This document shows positions 30,243 to 40,620 of a stretch of DNA of 64,000 bases, piece by piece. Numbering within the stretch: the stretch's first letter is position 1; each line of letters starts with the position of its first letter. The stretch is from an uncultured delta proteobacterium (GTDB taxonomy: Bacteria; Myxococcota; UBA727; VGSZ01), in assembly GCA_963775425.1 (NCBI GenBank), contig CAVZJB010000011.1, positions 320,001 to 384,000 of the forward strand. Direction: 5' to 3'. The notes below the pieces were generated by a model. That model saw nothing but the letters and a program-made list of their open reading frames with translations. It had not been told where the DNA came from and did no database searches. A program made the position numbers and the translations under genes.

Positions 30243-31592
30243 ATGGCTCAGCTCTTCGGGCGCTACGAGCTGCTCGATCGCATCGGGATCGGTGGCATGG
30301 CCGAGGTCTTCCGGGCGCACGTGCTCGGCGCGGGAGACTTTGCCCGCATGGTGGTCGTGAAGCGCATGCTGCCGCAGCTCGCCAACGAGAACGACTCGGT
30401 GATGATGTTCCTCGACGAGGCGCGCCTCGGGGCCAAGCTGCACCACCCCAACATCGTGTCCGTGCTCGATCTCGGCGAGCGCGAAGGCGACTACTTCATG
30501 GTGCTCGAGCACGTCGACGGGCTGGACCTCGGCACGCTCGACGCGCGCATCCGCTCCCGTGGGGGGCGCTTTCCGCAGGAGCAAGCCGCGTGGATCATCG
30601 CGCGCGCCGCCGAGGGGCTCGGGGCCGCGCACGAGGCCAACGATCCGGCCACGGGCAAGCCGTTGAACATCGTGCACCGCGACGTCTCGCCGTCCAACAT
30701 CCTCGTGTCGCGCACCGCGGAGGTGAAGGTCGCGGACTTCGGCGTGGCGCGCTCCGATGCGCAGCACGTGCGCACGTCGACGGGCGTGTTGAAGGGGAAG
30801 ATCCCCTATATGTCGCCGGAGCAGATGCTCGAGCAACCCATCGACCTGCGCAGCGACATCTACGCGCTCGGCGTGGTGTTCTGGCAGTTGCTCGCGGGGC
30901 GCAAGCGCCACAGCGGGCGCAACGACTTCAAGATCATCCAGACCGTGGTGCAGGAAGAGACGCCGCGGCCGAGCTCCGTGCAGCGCGACGTCGATCCACA
31001 GCTCGAGGACATCGCCATGTCGATGCTCGCCCGCAACCGCGAGCACCGTCCGGCCACCGGCTGGCAGGTCGCGCAGCTCCTCGACCAGTGGCTGTTGTCG
31101 CGGCAGCACACGGCGCGGCACGTCGAGCGCTGGTTGCGGGAGACCATGGACGCGCCGGCCGCGCCCAAGCTGCATCCCCCCGTCGGCGCCGCCCCCGAGC
31201 CGCGGCCGTTGCCCAGCGACCTCGCGTCGGCCACCGAGCGGAGCCCGCTGTTGCGTGATGCGCAGTCATCCAACCCCACCACGCTCGAGCTCAGCCGTTG
31301 GCACCAGCTCTGCGACCAGCGGCTCCTGCACGCCCCCGGCTGCGAGACCCGCATCGTCGACGGAGAGGCCCAGGTCATCGTGGCTGCGCGCAAGCTGATG
31401 CACAGCTTGAACGGCACGGCGACGTTCATCTGGGATCGCGCCGACGGCCAACACAGCCTCACCGCGATCGCGGACGAGCTGTGTCACGCGTTCGAGGTCG
31501 AGCTCCCCGTCGCGCGCGAGGAGGTCCTCGCGTTCGTCCTGGCGGCGGTGGAGAGCGAGCTGCTCGTGTTGCTGGCCGCCCCTCGCCGCTGA
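30243..31592 (+). CDS. Ser/Thr protein kinase with C-terminal PqqD/RRE-like domain
   Basis: GIGGMAEV, VVKR, HRDVSPSN, DFG and YMSPEQ motifs; tail VDGEA.I......HSLNGTATFIWDRADGQHSL..IA.ELC..FEV. Confidence 0.88.
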   Translation: MAQLFGRYELLDRIGIGGMAEVFRAHVLGAGDFARMVVVKRMLPQLANENDSVMMFLDEARLGAKLHHPNIVSVLDLGEREGDYFMVLEHVDGLDLGTLDARIRSRGGRFPQEQAAWIIARAAEGLGAAHEANDPATGKPLNIVHRDVSPSNILVSRTAEVKVADFGVARSDAQHVRTSTGVLKGKIPYMSPEQMLEQPIDLRSDIYALGVVFWQLLAGRKRHSGRNDFKIIQTVVQEETPRPSSVQRDVDPQLEDIAMSMLARNREHRPATGWQVAQLLDQWLLSRQHTARHVERWLRETMDAPAAPKLHPPVGAAPEPRPLPSDLASATERSPLLRDAQSSNPTTLELSRWHQLCDQRLLHAPGCETRIVDGEAQVIVAARKLMHSLNGTATFIWDRADGQHSLTAIADELCHAFEVELPVAREEVLAFVLAAVESELLVLLAAPRR

Positions 31593-31610
31593 CGGGGCGG
31601 GGCAGGCCGC

Positions 31611-33235
<1,625 letters not shown>

Positions 33236-33239
<4 letters not shown>

Positions 33240-33541
33240 AGCGCGTTCCCCGTCTCGAAGACGCGGCCGAGGAGGACGCCGACGCGCGTCGCCTCGTCGG
33301 GCCGCGCGTCGTGCGGCGTGGTGTAGTCGAGGCGCACCTGAACGCGTCCGGTGGCGACGACGACGATGACGCGGTGCTTGGTGTCCATCTCTTCGAAGGT
33401 GGCGAGCCCGAAGGATTCGGTCTTCAACGGAACGCCCGCGTCATCGAACGCGTCGATGAGCGCGTCCGTCAGGGCGCCGGGACGAATGTCGCAGCGCCAC
33501 GCCAATCCGGTCCGACAGCCGTGATCCTTCTCGAGACGCAC
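33236..33541 (-). CDS. Small hypothetical protein
   Basis: 101-aa ORF with a 12-nt gap after the V4R gene; its stop overlaps the kinase start (GTGA). Confidence 0.7.
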
Positions 33542-33553
33542 GCGCCCCCCGGC

Positions 33554-34813
33554 TCAGGTTCGCTCCACGACGACTTCGCAGGCGGCGTCCCCGCGGCTGA
33601 TGCACTTGGTCTCGCGCACCGTCCACGGGACGCCCTTGCGGAACAGCTCGTTGTAGAAGTCCTGCGTGAGGTGCGGCTTCTCGGTCCACGGCACGCGCTC
33701 GGCGAGCTGCATGACGGCGAGCGCGGCCCCCTGAAGGAAGAAGCACATGCCCTGCTTGGCGGGCCCCTCGCGCGTGAGCCAGTAGGAGCTCTCGTACGTC
33801 GACGGCGTCTTCATCACGAGGCGCTTGCCGGGCACGAGCTCCTCCAGCGTCCAGTGGCCGAAGCCGAGCGCGCGCCCGATGGCTGCGCAGCCGGTGACGA
33901 TCTCGGTGGCGTCGCCCTGGATGGGGCCCACCATGCCCTCCCACTCCGGTGACAGGAGAATTCCGCCGAACGTGTTGAAGACGCACACGTGGCCGGACTC
34001 CCGCAAGAGCGCCTCGATCACCGGCAAGCTCGCAGGCGCGTGCTTGGCCACGTGGTTCCAGGCGTCGTAGGAGATGCGGTTGTAGTAGGTGGCGAGGTGG
34101 AGCGTGACGAACACGCCGAACGCCTCGACGAGCCCGCGCTCGTCGCCGGCGACGCCGCCGGCGAAGTCGCGCAGGCCTTTCGCGATGGCGGCGATGCGCT
34201 CCTCGTGGAGCCCGGAGAACGACGGCTTGAGGATGGCGCGCGTGGCGGCGACGCCGACGTCGGCCTCGGGGGCCTCCGCGGTGCCGGGCTTGAGGGTGAA
34301 CTCGCAGCGCGGTGCACGCATCGCGATGCACTGCGTCTCGGTGCAGCCCATGGACTCGCGCGGGAGGTTGTAGGCGACCTCGGTGGCCGCGGCGAGCCAG
34401 CCGGCGGCCATGGCGTCGGCGGGGTTCCGGCGCCGCACCGCCGCGCCGTACTTCTCGTGCCAGGCATAGCCGTAGTGCAACCACGAGCCGCGGCCCTCAC
34501 CGCCGGTGGGCTGCGTGAGGATCTCGAGGCGTCCATGCCCCATGGCGGCGAACAGCGCGGACGCGACCTCGAGGCGCTCGGTGGGCGTCACGAGGTCGAG
34601 CCTCTTGATGAGGCTCCCGAGCAGGTGATACGCGGCGTCGCGCGCGGCGCGCGTCCGCAGCGCGGCGCCCTGCTCCTGCCCGAGCGCATCGTCGATGGTC
34701 TGGTCGAGGAACAGGTTGAAGTGGTGGCAGTGGTAGATGACGGGCGCATCGGCGAGGAAGGCCAAATCGTGCTCAGGCAGCAAGCTGCGCGTTGCCAGGA
34801 TGCGGTCCAACAT
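33554..34813 (-). CDS. Tandem V4R (4-vinyl reductase/TRAPP-like fold) domain protein
   Basis: Two modules, each with G.G.. (MGHGRL; LGFGHW) and E..C...G/R...CEF/V (ETQCIAMRAPRCEF; ETKCISRGDAACEV); N-terminal YHCHHFN. Confidence 0.8.
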   Translation of the reverse strand: MLDRILATRSLLPEHDLAFLADAPVIYHCHHFNLFLDQTIDDALGQEQGAALRTRAARDAAYHLLGSLIKRLDLVTPTERLEVASALFAAMGHGRLEILTQPTGGEGRGSWLHYGYAWHEKYGAAVRRRNPADAMAAGWLAAATEVAYNLPRESMGCTETQCIAMRAPRCEFTLKPGTAEAPEADVGVAATRAILKPSFSGLHEERIAAIAKGLRDFAGGVAGDERGLVEAFGVFVTLHLATYYNRISYDAWNHVAKHAPASLPVIEALLRESGHVCVFNTFGGILLSPEWEGMVGPIQGDATEIVTGCAAIGRALGFGHWTLEELVPGKRLVMKTPSTYESSYWLTREGPAKQGMCFFLQGAALAVMQLAERVPWTEKPHLTQDFYNELFRKGVPWTVRETKCISRGDAACEVVVERT

Positions 34814-34872
34814 GGAGGCCTCTTCACTTTCACTTGCGGGCGGACGTGAGACGGAAAAACCTGCGAACGGGT

Positions 34873-35457
34873 TCAGACGTGGAGCTCCTCGAGGCCGAGG
34901 ATGTCCCGCACGGTGTTGGCGACGAGGCTCGTCTGCGCCTCGGTGAACGCCTCGGGGGCGTTGAGCACGTCCATCGGGATGCCCGTGCGCAGAGAAACGC
35001 GGAGCAGCGCGGCGTGCGGATCGGGAGCGTAGCGCCGCAGGTAGTCGATGACGCGGACGCTCTTGGGCCGCTCTTCGGGCTTGAAGCTCGGCAACAGCGG
35101 CGCGAGGCGCTCGAGCGTGCGCTTTACATGGATGCGCACCATGCCGAGCGGCGTATCGCTCTTCATGACGAAGCCGGCGACGAAGTCGCCGGGCAGCTCG
35201 CGCAGGATGACGAGGCGGCCGCCGGCCTCGATGGTGACCTGCATCTCGTCGGTGTGCCCGAGCGCGCGCAGGCCTTCTCGGTTGGCGCGAATGAGATCCC
35301 CGAAGTACGAGGCGACGTCCTCGGGCTCGAAGGTCTCTTCTTCGTGCTTCCAGGCGTCGAACATCAGACAGTCGGGCATGACCGTGAGGATCAAGCCGCG
35401 GATGCCGCCGACGTCCTGAACGAGGGGAGCGAGTGAAAGTCTGCTGGGTGCGTTCAT
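34873..35457 (-). CDS. Roadblock/LC7 (MglB-like) domain protein with C-terminal helical extension
   Basis: V.G.RG.IL..MPD.L, helix (DVASYFGDL), QVTIE.....VILREL and LGMVR....R secondary-structure pattern. Confidence 0.78.
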   Translation of the reverse strand: MNAPSRLSLAPLVQDVGGIRGLILTVMPDCLMFDAWKHEEETFEPEDVASYFGDLIRANREGLRALGHTDEMQVTIEAGGRLVILRELPGDFVAGFVMKSDTPLGMVRIHVKRTLERLAPLLPSFKPEERPKSVRVIDYLRRYAPDPHAALLRVSLRTGIPMDVLNAPEAFTEAQTSLVANTVRDILGLEELHV

Positions 35458-35464
35458 CGTCTAC

Positions 35465-36523
35465 TCACGCGGAACGGGGTTTTGCGCCGGGGATCGCGGC
35501 GACACTGTGGAACGATTTTCGGATGGCTTTGATGAGTCGGCCTTCGAGAGCGTCGGCGAGCACGAGGCCGATGCCGAAGCGGATGTGGTCGGCGTCGACC
35601 CATACGAGCTGCAGGACGTTTCGCTCGTCGAGCTCGAGCGCGAAGCTGCCTTCGTTGGTGCCGAGGAGGACGCGGCGGGACTCCACGAGCGCGCGATCGA
35701 TCAGCGCGGACACCGCGAGCAGATCCTCCGTGGCGTGACGGTTGGCCACCTCGAGGCCTTCGTCGTCGACGACGAAGGCTGCGTAGGCGCCGGTGGAGCC
35801 CATCAGCCAGTGCACGAAGACCTCGAGCTTCTCGGCGAACGTGCCTTGCAGGATGGACGACAGCGACACCGACGGACTGACGCGGCCGCCCGTGAGCGGC
35901 GACAGCTCGCCTTCGTCGTCCGGTTCGGAGATCTGCGCGCCGATGGAGCGCGGCGGCGGAGGCGGCGGAACCGGCACCAGCTTCGGCGTCGTGGCGTTTG
36001 CCTTCGCGGGCGCGGCGGGCTTGTCCGCGGGCGCCTTCCGCGCTGCCGCCGCCCGGCGCAGCGCCGCGGGATCGAGGCCGATGGCCGCGGCGTCGATCTC
36101 GACGCTCCGGAACGACGGGCGCTGCCAGGAGGCGGAGCTGTTGGTGGTGGGGCCCGAGGTCGAGCGCACCGCAGGCTTCGCCGTCGCGGCCGGCATCGCC
36201 GGGCCGGGCGCAGCGGGCATCGGCGGCAGCGTCGGCGGCGCGGGCACGACGCCCGTCGCGCCGGGCACCGCGCCGGACACGACGCGCGGCGGCGCGAGCA
36301 TCGGCGGGGCGCCGAGCGGCGGCGGCGGTCCGAGCGGGGGAGGCGCCGGGACGTCGCCGTGCGCCAGGTGCGCCGCGGCCGACGGCGTCGGCGGCGTCGA
36401 CGGCGTCGACGGAAAACGTACGCGCGCCGGTGTGGCGACGGGCGCTGCGCCGCCGCGCCCTTGCAGACGCGCCGCCAGACCCGCGAGGGCGGCCGGGTCA
36501 GTCCACGAGAGGGATAGGCGCAT
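35465..36523 (-). CDS. Pro/Ala-rich protein with C-terminal Roadblock/LC7-like domain
   Basis: C-terminal TGAYAAFVVDDEGLEVA and following strands; disordered N-terminal two thirds; start overlaps the parA end. Confidence 0.7.
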   Translation of the reverse strand: MRLSLSWTDPAALAGLAARLQGRGGAAPVATPARVRFPSTPSTPPTPSAAAHLAHGDVPAPPPLGPPPPLGAPPMLAPPRVVSGAVPGATGVVPAPPTLPPMPAAPGPAMPAATAKPAVRSTSGPTTNSSASWQRPSFRSVEIDAAAIGLDPAALRRAAAARKAPADKPAAPAKANATTPKLVPVPPPPPPRSIGAQISEPDDEGELSPLTGGRVSPSVSLSSILQGTFAEKLEVFVHWLMGSTGAYAAFVVDDEGLEVANRHATEDLLAVSALIDRALVESRRVLLGTNEGSFALELDERNVLQLVWVDADHIRFGIGLVLADALEGRLIKAIRKSFHSVAAIPGAKPRSA

Positions 36524-37304
36524 TGTCACGGTCCTCGGGTCGAAGAAGCTGGAGCCGTCCCTCGAGCTCGGCGGCGAGCTGGTCGAAGGTGGCTGCGACG
36601 ACGGGCGGGCGCCGGCCGAGGAGCCCCACGGGGACGCCCGCGGCGCTGGCCTCGAGAAACGCAGCGTCGCGCGGAATGGTGGTCTGCATGGCGAGCTCGC
36701 CGAGCTGCGTCCACAGCTCGTCGGCCACCGACAGCGAGGCGGACACGCGCATCTGCAGCATGACGAGCACGAGCCCGGTGAGCTCGACCTTCACGCCTTC
36801 GTCGCGGATGGCGTTGATGACTTCGAGGAGCTGCGACAGCGAGCGCAACGCGATGGGCTCCGCCTGCACAGGCGAGAGCACGTGGCCCGACGCCCGAATG
36901 GCGCCGAGCGTGATCCCTTGAAAGCCGCTCGGCGTGTCGAAGAGCACGACGTCGAAGCGCCCCATCGCTTCATCGATGAGCCGCGTGAGCACGCGTCCAT
37001 CGGCGAGGAAGGCGCCGAAGCCCGGCGTGTCCTGCGGCGCCACCTGTCCGACGGGCAGGAGCGACAGCTCCGCGATGCGCGTGCTCGCCAGGGTCTCCGC
37101 GAGCGCGCGCCGCCCGGAGGCGTACTCGGCGAGGCCCGCGGCGCCGGCGAGCTTCTTCGAGAGGGACAGGCCGATGGCACCCTGCGGATCGGTGTCGACG
37201 ATGAGCGTGCGCCAGCGACGCTTGGCGAGCGCGAAGCCGAGGTTCAACGTCACCGTCGTCTTGCCGACGCCGCCCTTCTGGCTCGCCACGGTGACGACTC
37301 GCAT
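36498..37304 (-). CDS. ParA/MinD (Soj-like) family ATPase
   Basis: QKGGVGKTT deviant Walker A, DTDPQG, FDTPSG and IPRD...EA motifs; ATG overlaps the upstream TGA. Confidence 0.93.
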   Translation of the reverse strand: MRVVTVASQKGGVGKTTVTLNLGFALAKRRWRTLIVDTDPQGAIGLSLSKKLAGAAGLAEYASGRRALAETLASTRIAELSLLPVGQVAPQDTPGFGAFLADGRVLTRLIDEAMGRFDVVLFDTPSGFQGITLGAIRASGHVLSPVQAEPIALRSLSQLLEVINAIRDEGVKVELTGLVLVMLQMRVSASLSVADELWTQLGELAMQTTIPRDAAFLEASAAGVPVGLLGRRPPVVAATFDQLAAELEGRLQLLRPEDRDNAPIPLVD

Positions 37305-37918
37305 CAGTGATCCTCCGGACGGAGCCGCGTCTTCAGCCGCTCGATGTTGTGTTGCACGCGCCTGTCGGTGGGCTTGAGGCGCGCGCACGCCGCGAAGGAC
37401 TCCATGGCGCGCGGGAAGTCGTGGCGGAGATACGCCTGCGTCCCTGCGCGAAAGAGCTCCTCGTAGGCTTGCTGGCTGTCGTCGTCGAGAGGCGACGAAT
37501 CCGCGGGGCCCGCAGGGACGGGCGCGGGCGGCATGCTCATCCGCGACACCGTGTCGTGGCTCGCGGGCACGGCGGCCGGCCGCCCGAGGTGCACGACGCG
37601 CTCGAGCCGCGCCGCTTCGATGGCCGCGCCGGCGGCGGGGTCGACGGCGGCGTCGTCGAGGCCGGCGTCGCGCTTCACCGACTTCTGCGGCACCGCGTCC
37701 GCGCTCAGCGCGCGCAGGTGCGCCGACAGCGTGGCGACGTTTTGCAGGAGCGACCACGCCTCGTCGCCGCGCGCGCCGGGCACCTCGGCGTGCCACAGCG
37801 AACCGCCGTGGACGACGACGCTGCCGAGCTCGAACGGGCCGTACGCGAGCTCGAGGGCCACCGTCTCTCCACGACGTTTCAAGTGCGTCACGAGGTGTTG
37901 CAGTGTGATCTGCGTCAA
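37304..37918 (-). CDS. PATAN/DUF4388-like domain protein with C-terminal TPR
   Basis: TLQHLV..L.....T..L......G.VVVHGGSLWHAE....RGDEA pattern; C-terminal ELFRAG..AYL..DF..A..SF..CARLKP.D.RV.HN TPR; start uncertain (ORF open to 38008). Confidence 0.7.
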   Translation of the reverse strand: MTQITLQHLVTHLKRRGETVALELAYGPFELGSVVVHGGSLWHAEVPGARGDEAWSLLQNVATLSAHLRALSADAVPQKSVKRDAGLDDAAVDPAAGAAIEAARLERVVHLGRPAAVPASHDTVSRMSMPPAPVPAGPADSSPLDDDSQQAYEELFRAGTQAYLRHDFPRAMESFAACARLKPTDRRVQHNIERLKTRLRPEDH

Positions 37919-37927
37919 AACGGAATC

Positions 37928-37957
37928 AACGTACGGGTACACACAATCGACGGTCAA
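37928..37957 (-). promoter_or_regulatory. Candidate sigma70-type promoter of the PATAN-ParA-Roadblock operon
   Basis: Minus strand TTGACC-N18-TACGTT in a locally AT-richer stretch just upstream of TTG 37918. Confidence 0.3.
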
Positions 37958-38061
37958 GCTGAGACGGCGGGTCCTTTCGCACGTCTCGTTCGATGAAGAA
38001 GCGGTCACCGTTTCCCCGGAAAGCGGGGCGACGAAACGGCGTGCTCGTCGATGGTGTTACG

Positions 38062-38511
38062 ATGCGCCGCGTGCCGCAGGTGGAAAACGAGCTCCTGCTG
38101 TCCGCCGCGCCCGCGGCGGTGTGGGCGACGCTGATGGACACCGCCGGCTATCCCGCGTGGAACCCGAGGCTGCGCCGCGTCGACGGCACGTTGCGCGCCG
38201 GGGGCGTGGTGACGCTCCACTACGAGCAAGATCGCCCGTGGATGCCGCGCCGTTACGTGGTCGACGTCGACGCGTGCGAGGCCGGGCGCGAGCTTCGCTG
38301 GAGCGGCCCGCGCAACGCCGCGCGCTCGCTCCTGCGCGCGTCGCATTGGTTTCGGCTCGAGCCCGCGCCGGGCGGGGGCTCGCGCTTCGTGCACGGCGAG
38401 CGTTTCGAGGGCGCGTTGGCGGCGGCGCTGTGGCCGCTGATCGGCGCGTCGGTCGCGCGCTCGCACGCGGCGGTGAACGAGGCCCTCGAGCGGCGCTGCG
38501 CCGCCGCGTGA
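38062..38511 (+). CDS. SRPBCC (polyketide cyclase/START) family protein
   Basis: AP...VWATLMD..GYPAWNP, ELRWSG and H.F.LE....SRFVHGERFEG motifs. Confidence 0.88.
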   Translation: MRRVPQVENELLLSAAPAAVWATLMDTAGYPAWNPRLRRVDGTLRAGGVVTLHYEQDRPWMPRRYVVDVDACEAGRELRWSGPRNAARSLLRASHWFRLEPAPGGGSRFVHGERFEGALAAALWPLIGASVARSHAAVNEALERRCAAA

Positions 38512-38562
38512 GGGGACGGCGCACCCGCGGGCGGCCGCGGGCGCGTGTGGCACAATGCCTGG

Positions 38563-39414
38563 ATGCGCAGCGCTCTTGTCCTCTCCGCCCTGCTCTCGCT
38601 CACCGCGTGCCACGACAACACCCCCGCCTCCGACGTGCGCGGCAACTACGCCATCGCGTTCGACGACCGCCTCACCATCAAGCTCGACGTCGGCGGCGCC
38701 AAGCAGGAGCAGACGGGCACCGAGCACGACGTCGTCAGCTTCCAGGTGAACGGGCAGCCGGTGACGCTCGACCTCGGCGCGTTCTGCGCCAAGGAAGAGG
38801 TGAAGTGTCCGTCCGAGGTCCTCTGGAACCAGGTGTCCATCGACCAGCCGAACATCGCCGCGCACAACCCGAACACCCACGTGTTGAACGTCATCGACAA
38901 CCGGGTGCACGAGCCGCCCCCGGGCGTCGCCGCCGACGTGGTCGCCGGCCTCGTCGACGCCAACGACAAGCTCACGCTGCTCGTCGGCGGCGACTCGCGT
39001 GGCAACGGCGACTGCGGCCTCCTCGCGCTCTCCATCGCCGAGGGCCGCTTCACGCACGAGGGCGAGGAGGTGGTGCAGGAGCCGGCGGCCTCGGCGGACG
39101 CGGGCACCGGCGACCTCGACGGTGGGAGCGCCGGCGCCGCCGACGCCGGCTTCGTCTCCCACGTCACCTTCCCGACGGGCGCGCCGGTGAACGGCGTCGC
39201 CGAGGGCACGCTGCGCGTCGGCTACCTCGGCCTCTGCGCGTTCGGCCCCGCGGTCCTCGGCGCCACGCTCGAGCTGTCCACGGGCTACACCGGGACGCGC
39301 ACCGGTGAGCTCGATCCGCCGCCGTTCACGCCCGTCGATCCGGAGTCCGTCCCCGACGGCACCGTCGACGCAGGCACGCCCGACGTCGACGGGGGCACGC
39401 CCGACGCCGGCTGA
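38563..39414 (+). CDS. Hypothetical lipoprotein
   Basis: Lipobox LTAC; beta-rich; DAG/DGG linkers typical of myxobacterial lipoproteins. Confidence 0.75.
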   Translation: MRSALVLSALLSLTACHDNTPASDVRGNYAIAFDDRLTIKLDVGGAKQEQTGTEHDVVSFQVNGQPVTLDLGAFCAKEEVKCPSEVLWNQVSIDQPNIAAHNPNTHVLNVIDNRVHEPPPGVAADVVAGLVDANDKLTLLVGGDSRGNGDCGLLALSIAEGRFTHEGEEVVQEPAASADAGTGDLDGGSAGAADAGFVSHVTFPTGAPVNGVAEGTLRVGYLGLCAFGPAVLGATLELSTGYTGTRTGELDPPPFTPVDPESVPDGTVDAGTPDVDGGTPDAG

Positions 39415-39447
39415 GCGCACGGGACGCCCGCGGAGAGAGCGACGCGA

Positions 39448-40620
39448 TCAGGGATCGCGCGTCGCGTATCGCACGGTTCGGTTGGTGGTGGTGTACGCGA
39501 GGTGCGGCTTTCCGTCGACGACGGCGAGGGAGACGGCGCCGGCGGCGTCGTCGCCGACGTCCTCGGCGACCCAGGTGTCGGACGCGCGAGACCGCGACGC
39601 CACGTGCACCTGACCGCGCGCGGCGTCGACGCTGGCGACCCAGAGGTGGTCGCCGTCGCACGCGATGGCGACGTCGCCGGGCGCACGCGCCAGGGCGAGC
39701 CCGCTGACGGCGGTTTCGGGAGCGCCGGCGGTGTCGCCGGAGATGCTGGCGACCTGCAGGTTGCCGATCTGTCGGAAGACGACGAACGGGGCGTCGAGAC
39801 AGAAGACGGCGTCGATGCTCCCGCTGGCGTTGTCCTGCACCACGATGTTCGTCGCGCTTCCGGCGAGGTAGGCGAGGGTCAGCGTCGAGAGGTCGAGGTA
39901 GAAGCGATCCACCTCCTGGTTGACGTCGTCGAGCACCAGCCCCAACGACGTGATGTCGCCCGAGGACTGCAGATAGAGGTGCGCGTCGTGCGTGTCGTCG
40001 AGGATGGCGTCCTCGATGCTCTGGTCCCCGCTCGTGGGCTTCGTCACCCAGCTCGCCGTGACGCTGCCCGCTGCGTCCCTGACCACGCGCACCTCCGCGC
40101 CGCGCTCGTCGCCGGGGTTGTCCTGCGCGTAGGTGCGGGTGGCAAGGAGCGCGTCACCGAGGTCGACGGCGAAGACATCGGCGCCGTTCGCGAGCGTGCG
40201 CTCGGCGGCGGCGTGGATGACGCCGTCGCTGCTCCGCGCGGCGTCGAAGGCGCGGAGGCAACCCGTGTCCGGCTGGACGACGACGCTGTGAACACCCTCG
40301 AGCGGACGCCAACGCGCGAGCGCGCAGTCCCTCTCGATCATGAGGACGTCGACGTCCGCGCCGTCGATGAGCACGCGCGGCACCGAGTCCTCGGCGATCA
40401 ACGCCGCGGTGTCATCGATGTACGTGTAGGGGCTCGGCGGCGGCGGCGGTGGTGGCGGCGGCGGCGGCGGCGTCGCGACTTCGCAGGAGCCCTCGCGGCA
40501 CGCGAGCCCACCCGGACAGTTCGCCGCCGCGTTGCAGGGAAGGCCCACACCGTCGCCGAAGTAGCAGCCGGATCCCGCCGCGAGCAGGAAGAGGAGCGAG
40601 AGCGGGAGCGCGCGCGTCAC
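39448..40620 (-). CDS. Lipoprotein with Cys-rich N-motif, poly-Pro linker and beta-propeller-like C-domain
   Basis: Lipobox GSGC; PCNAAANCPGGLACREGSC; ten-proline tract; SLAVVDGKPHLAY.....VRYA blade-like ending. Confidence 0.72.
   Translation of the reverse strand: MTRALPLSLLFLLAAGSGCYFGDGVGLPCNAAANCPGGLACREGSCEVATPPPPPPPPPPPPSPYTYIDDTAALIAEDSVPRVLIDGADVDVLMIERDCALARWRPLEGVHSVVVQPDTGCLRAFDAARSSDGVIHAAAERTLANGADVFAVDLGDALLATRTYAQDNPGDERGAEVRVVRDAAGSVTASWVTKPTSGDQSIEDAILDDTHDAHLYLQSSGDITSLGLVLDDVNQEVDRFYLDLSTLTLAYLAGSATNIVVQDNASGSIDAVFCLDAPFVVFRQIGNLQVASISGDTAGAPETAVSGLALARAPGDVAIACDGDHLWVASVDAARGQVHVASRSRASDTWVAEDVGDDAAGAVSLAVVDGKPHLAYTTTNRTVRYATRDP

Noticed and set aside
29052-31592. RiPP/PQQ biosynthetic cluster around the PqqD domain
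   Set aside because: No radical SAM enzyme, cyclase, peptidase, transporter or credible precursor peptide is nearby
36498-37304. Chromosome or plasmid partition locus
   Set aside because: No parB, parS-like palindrome or replication gene is adjacent; the ATPase is embedded in a signalling operon
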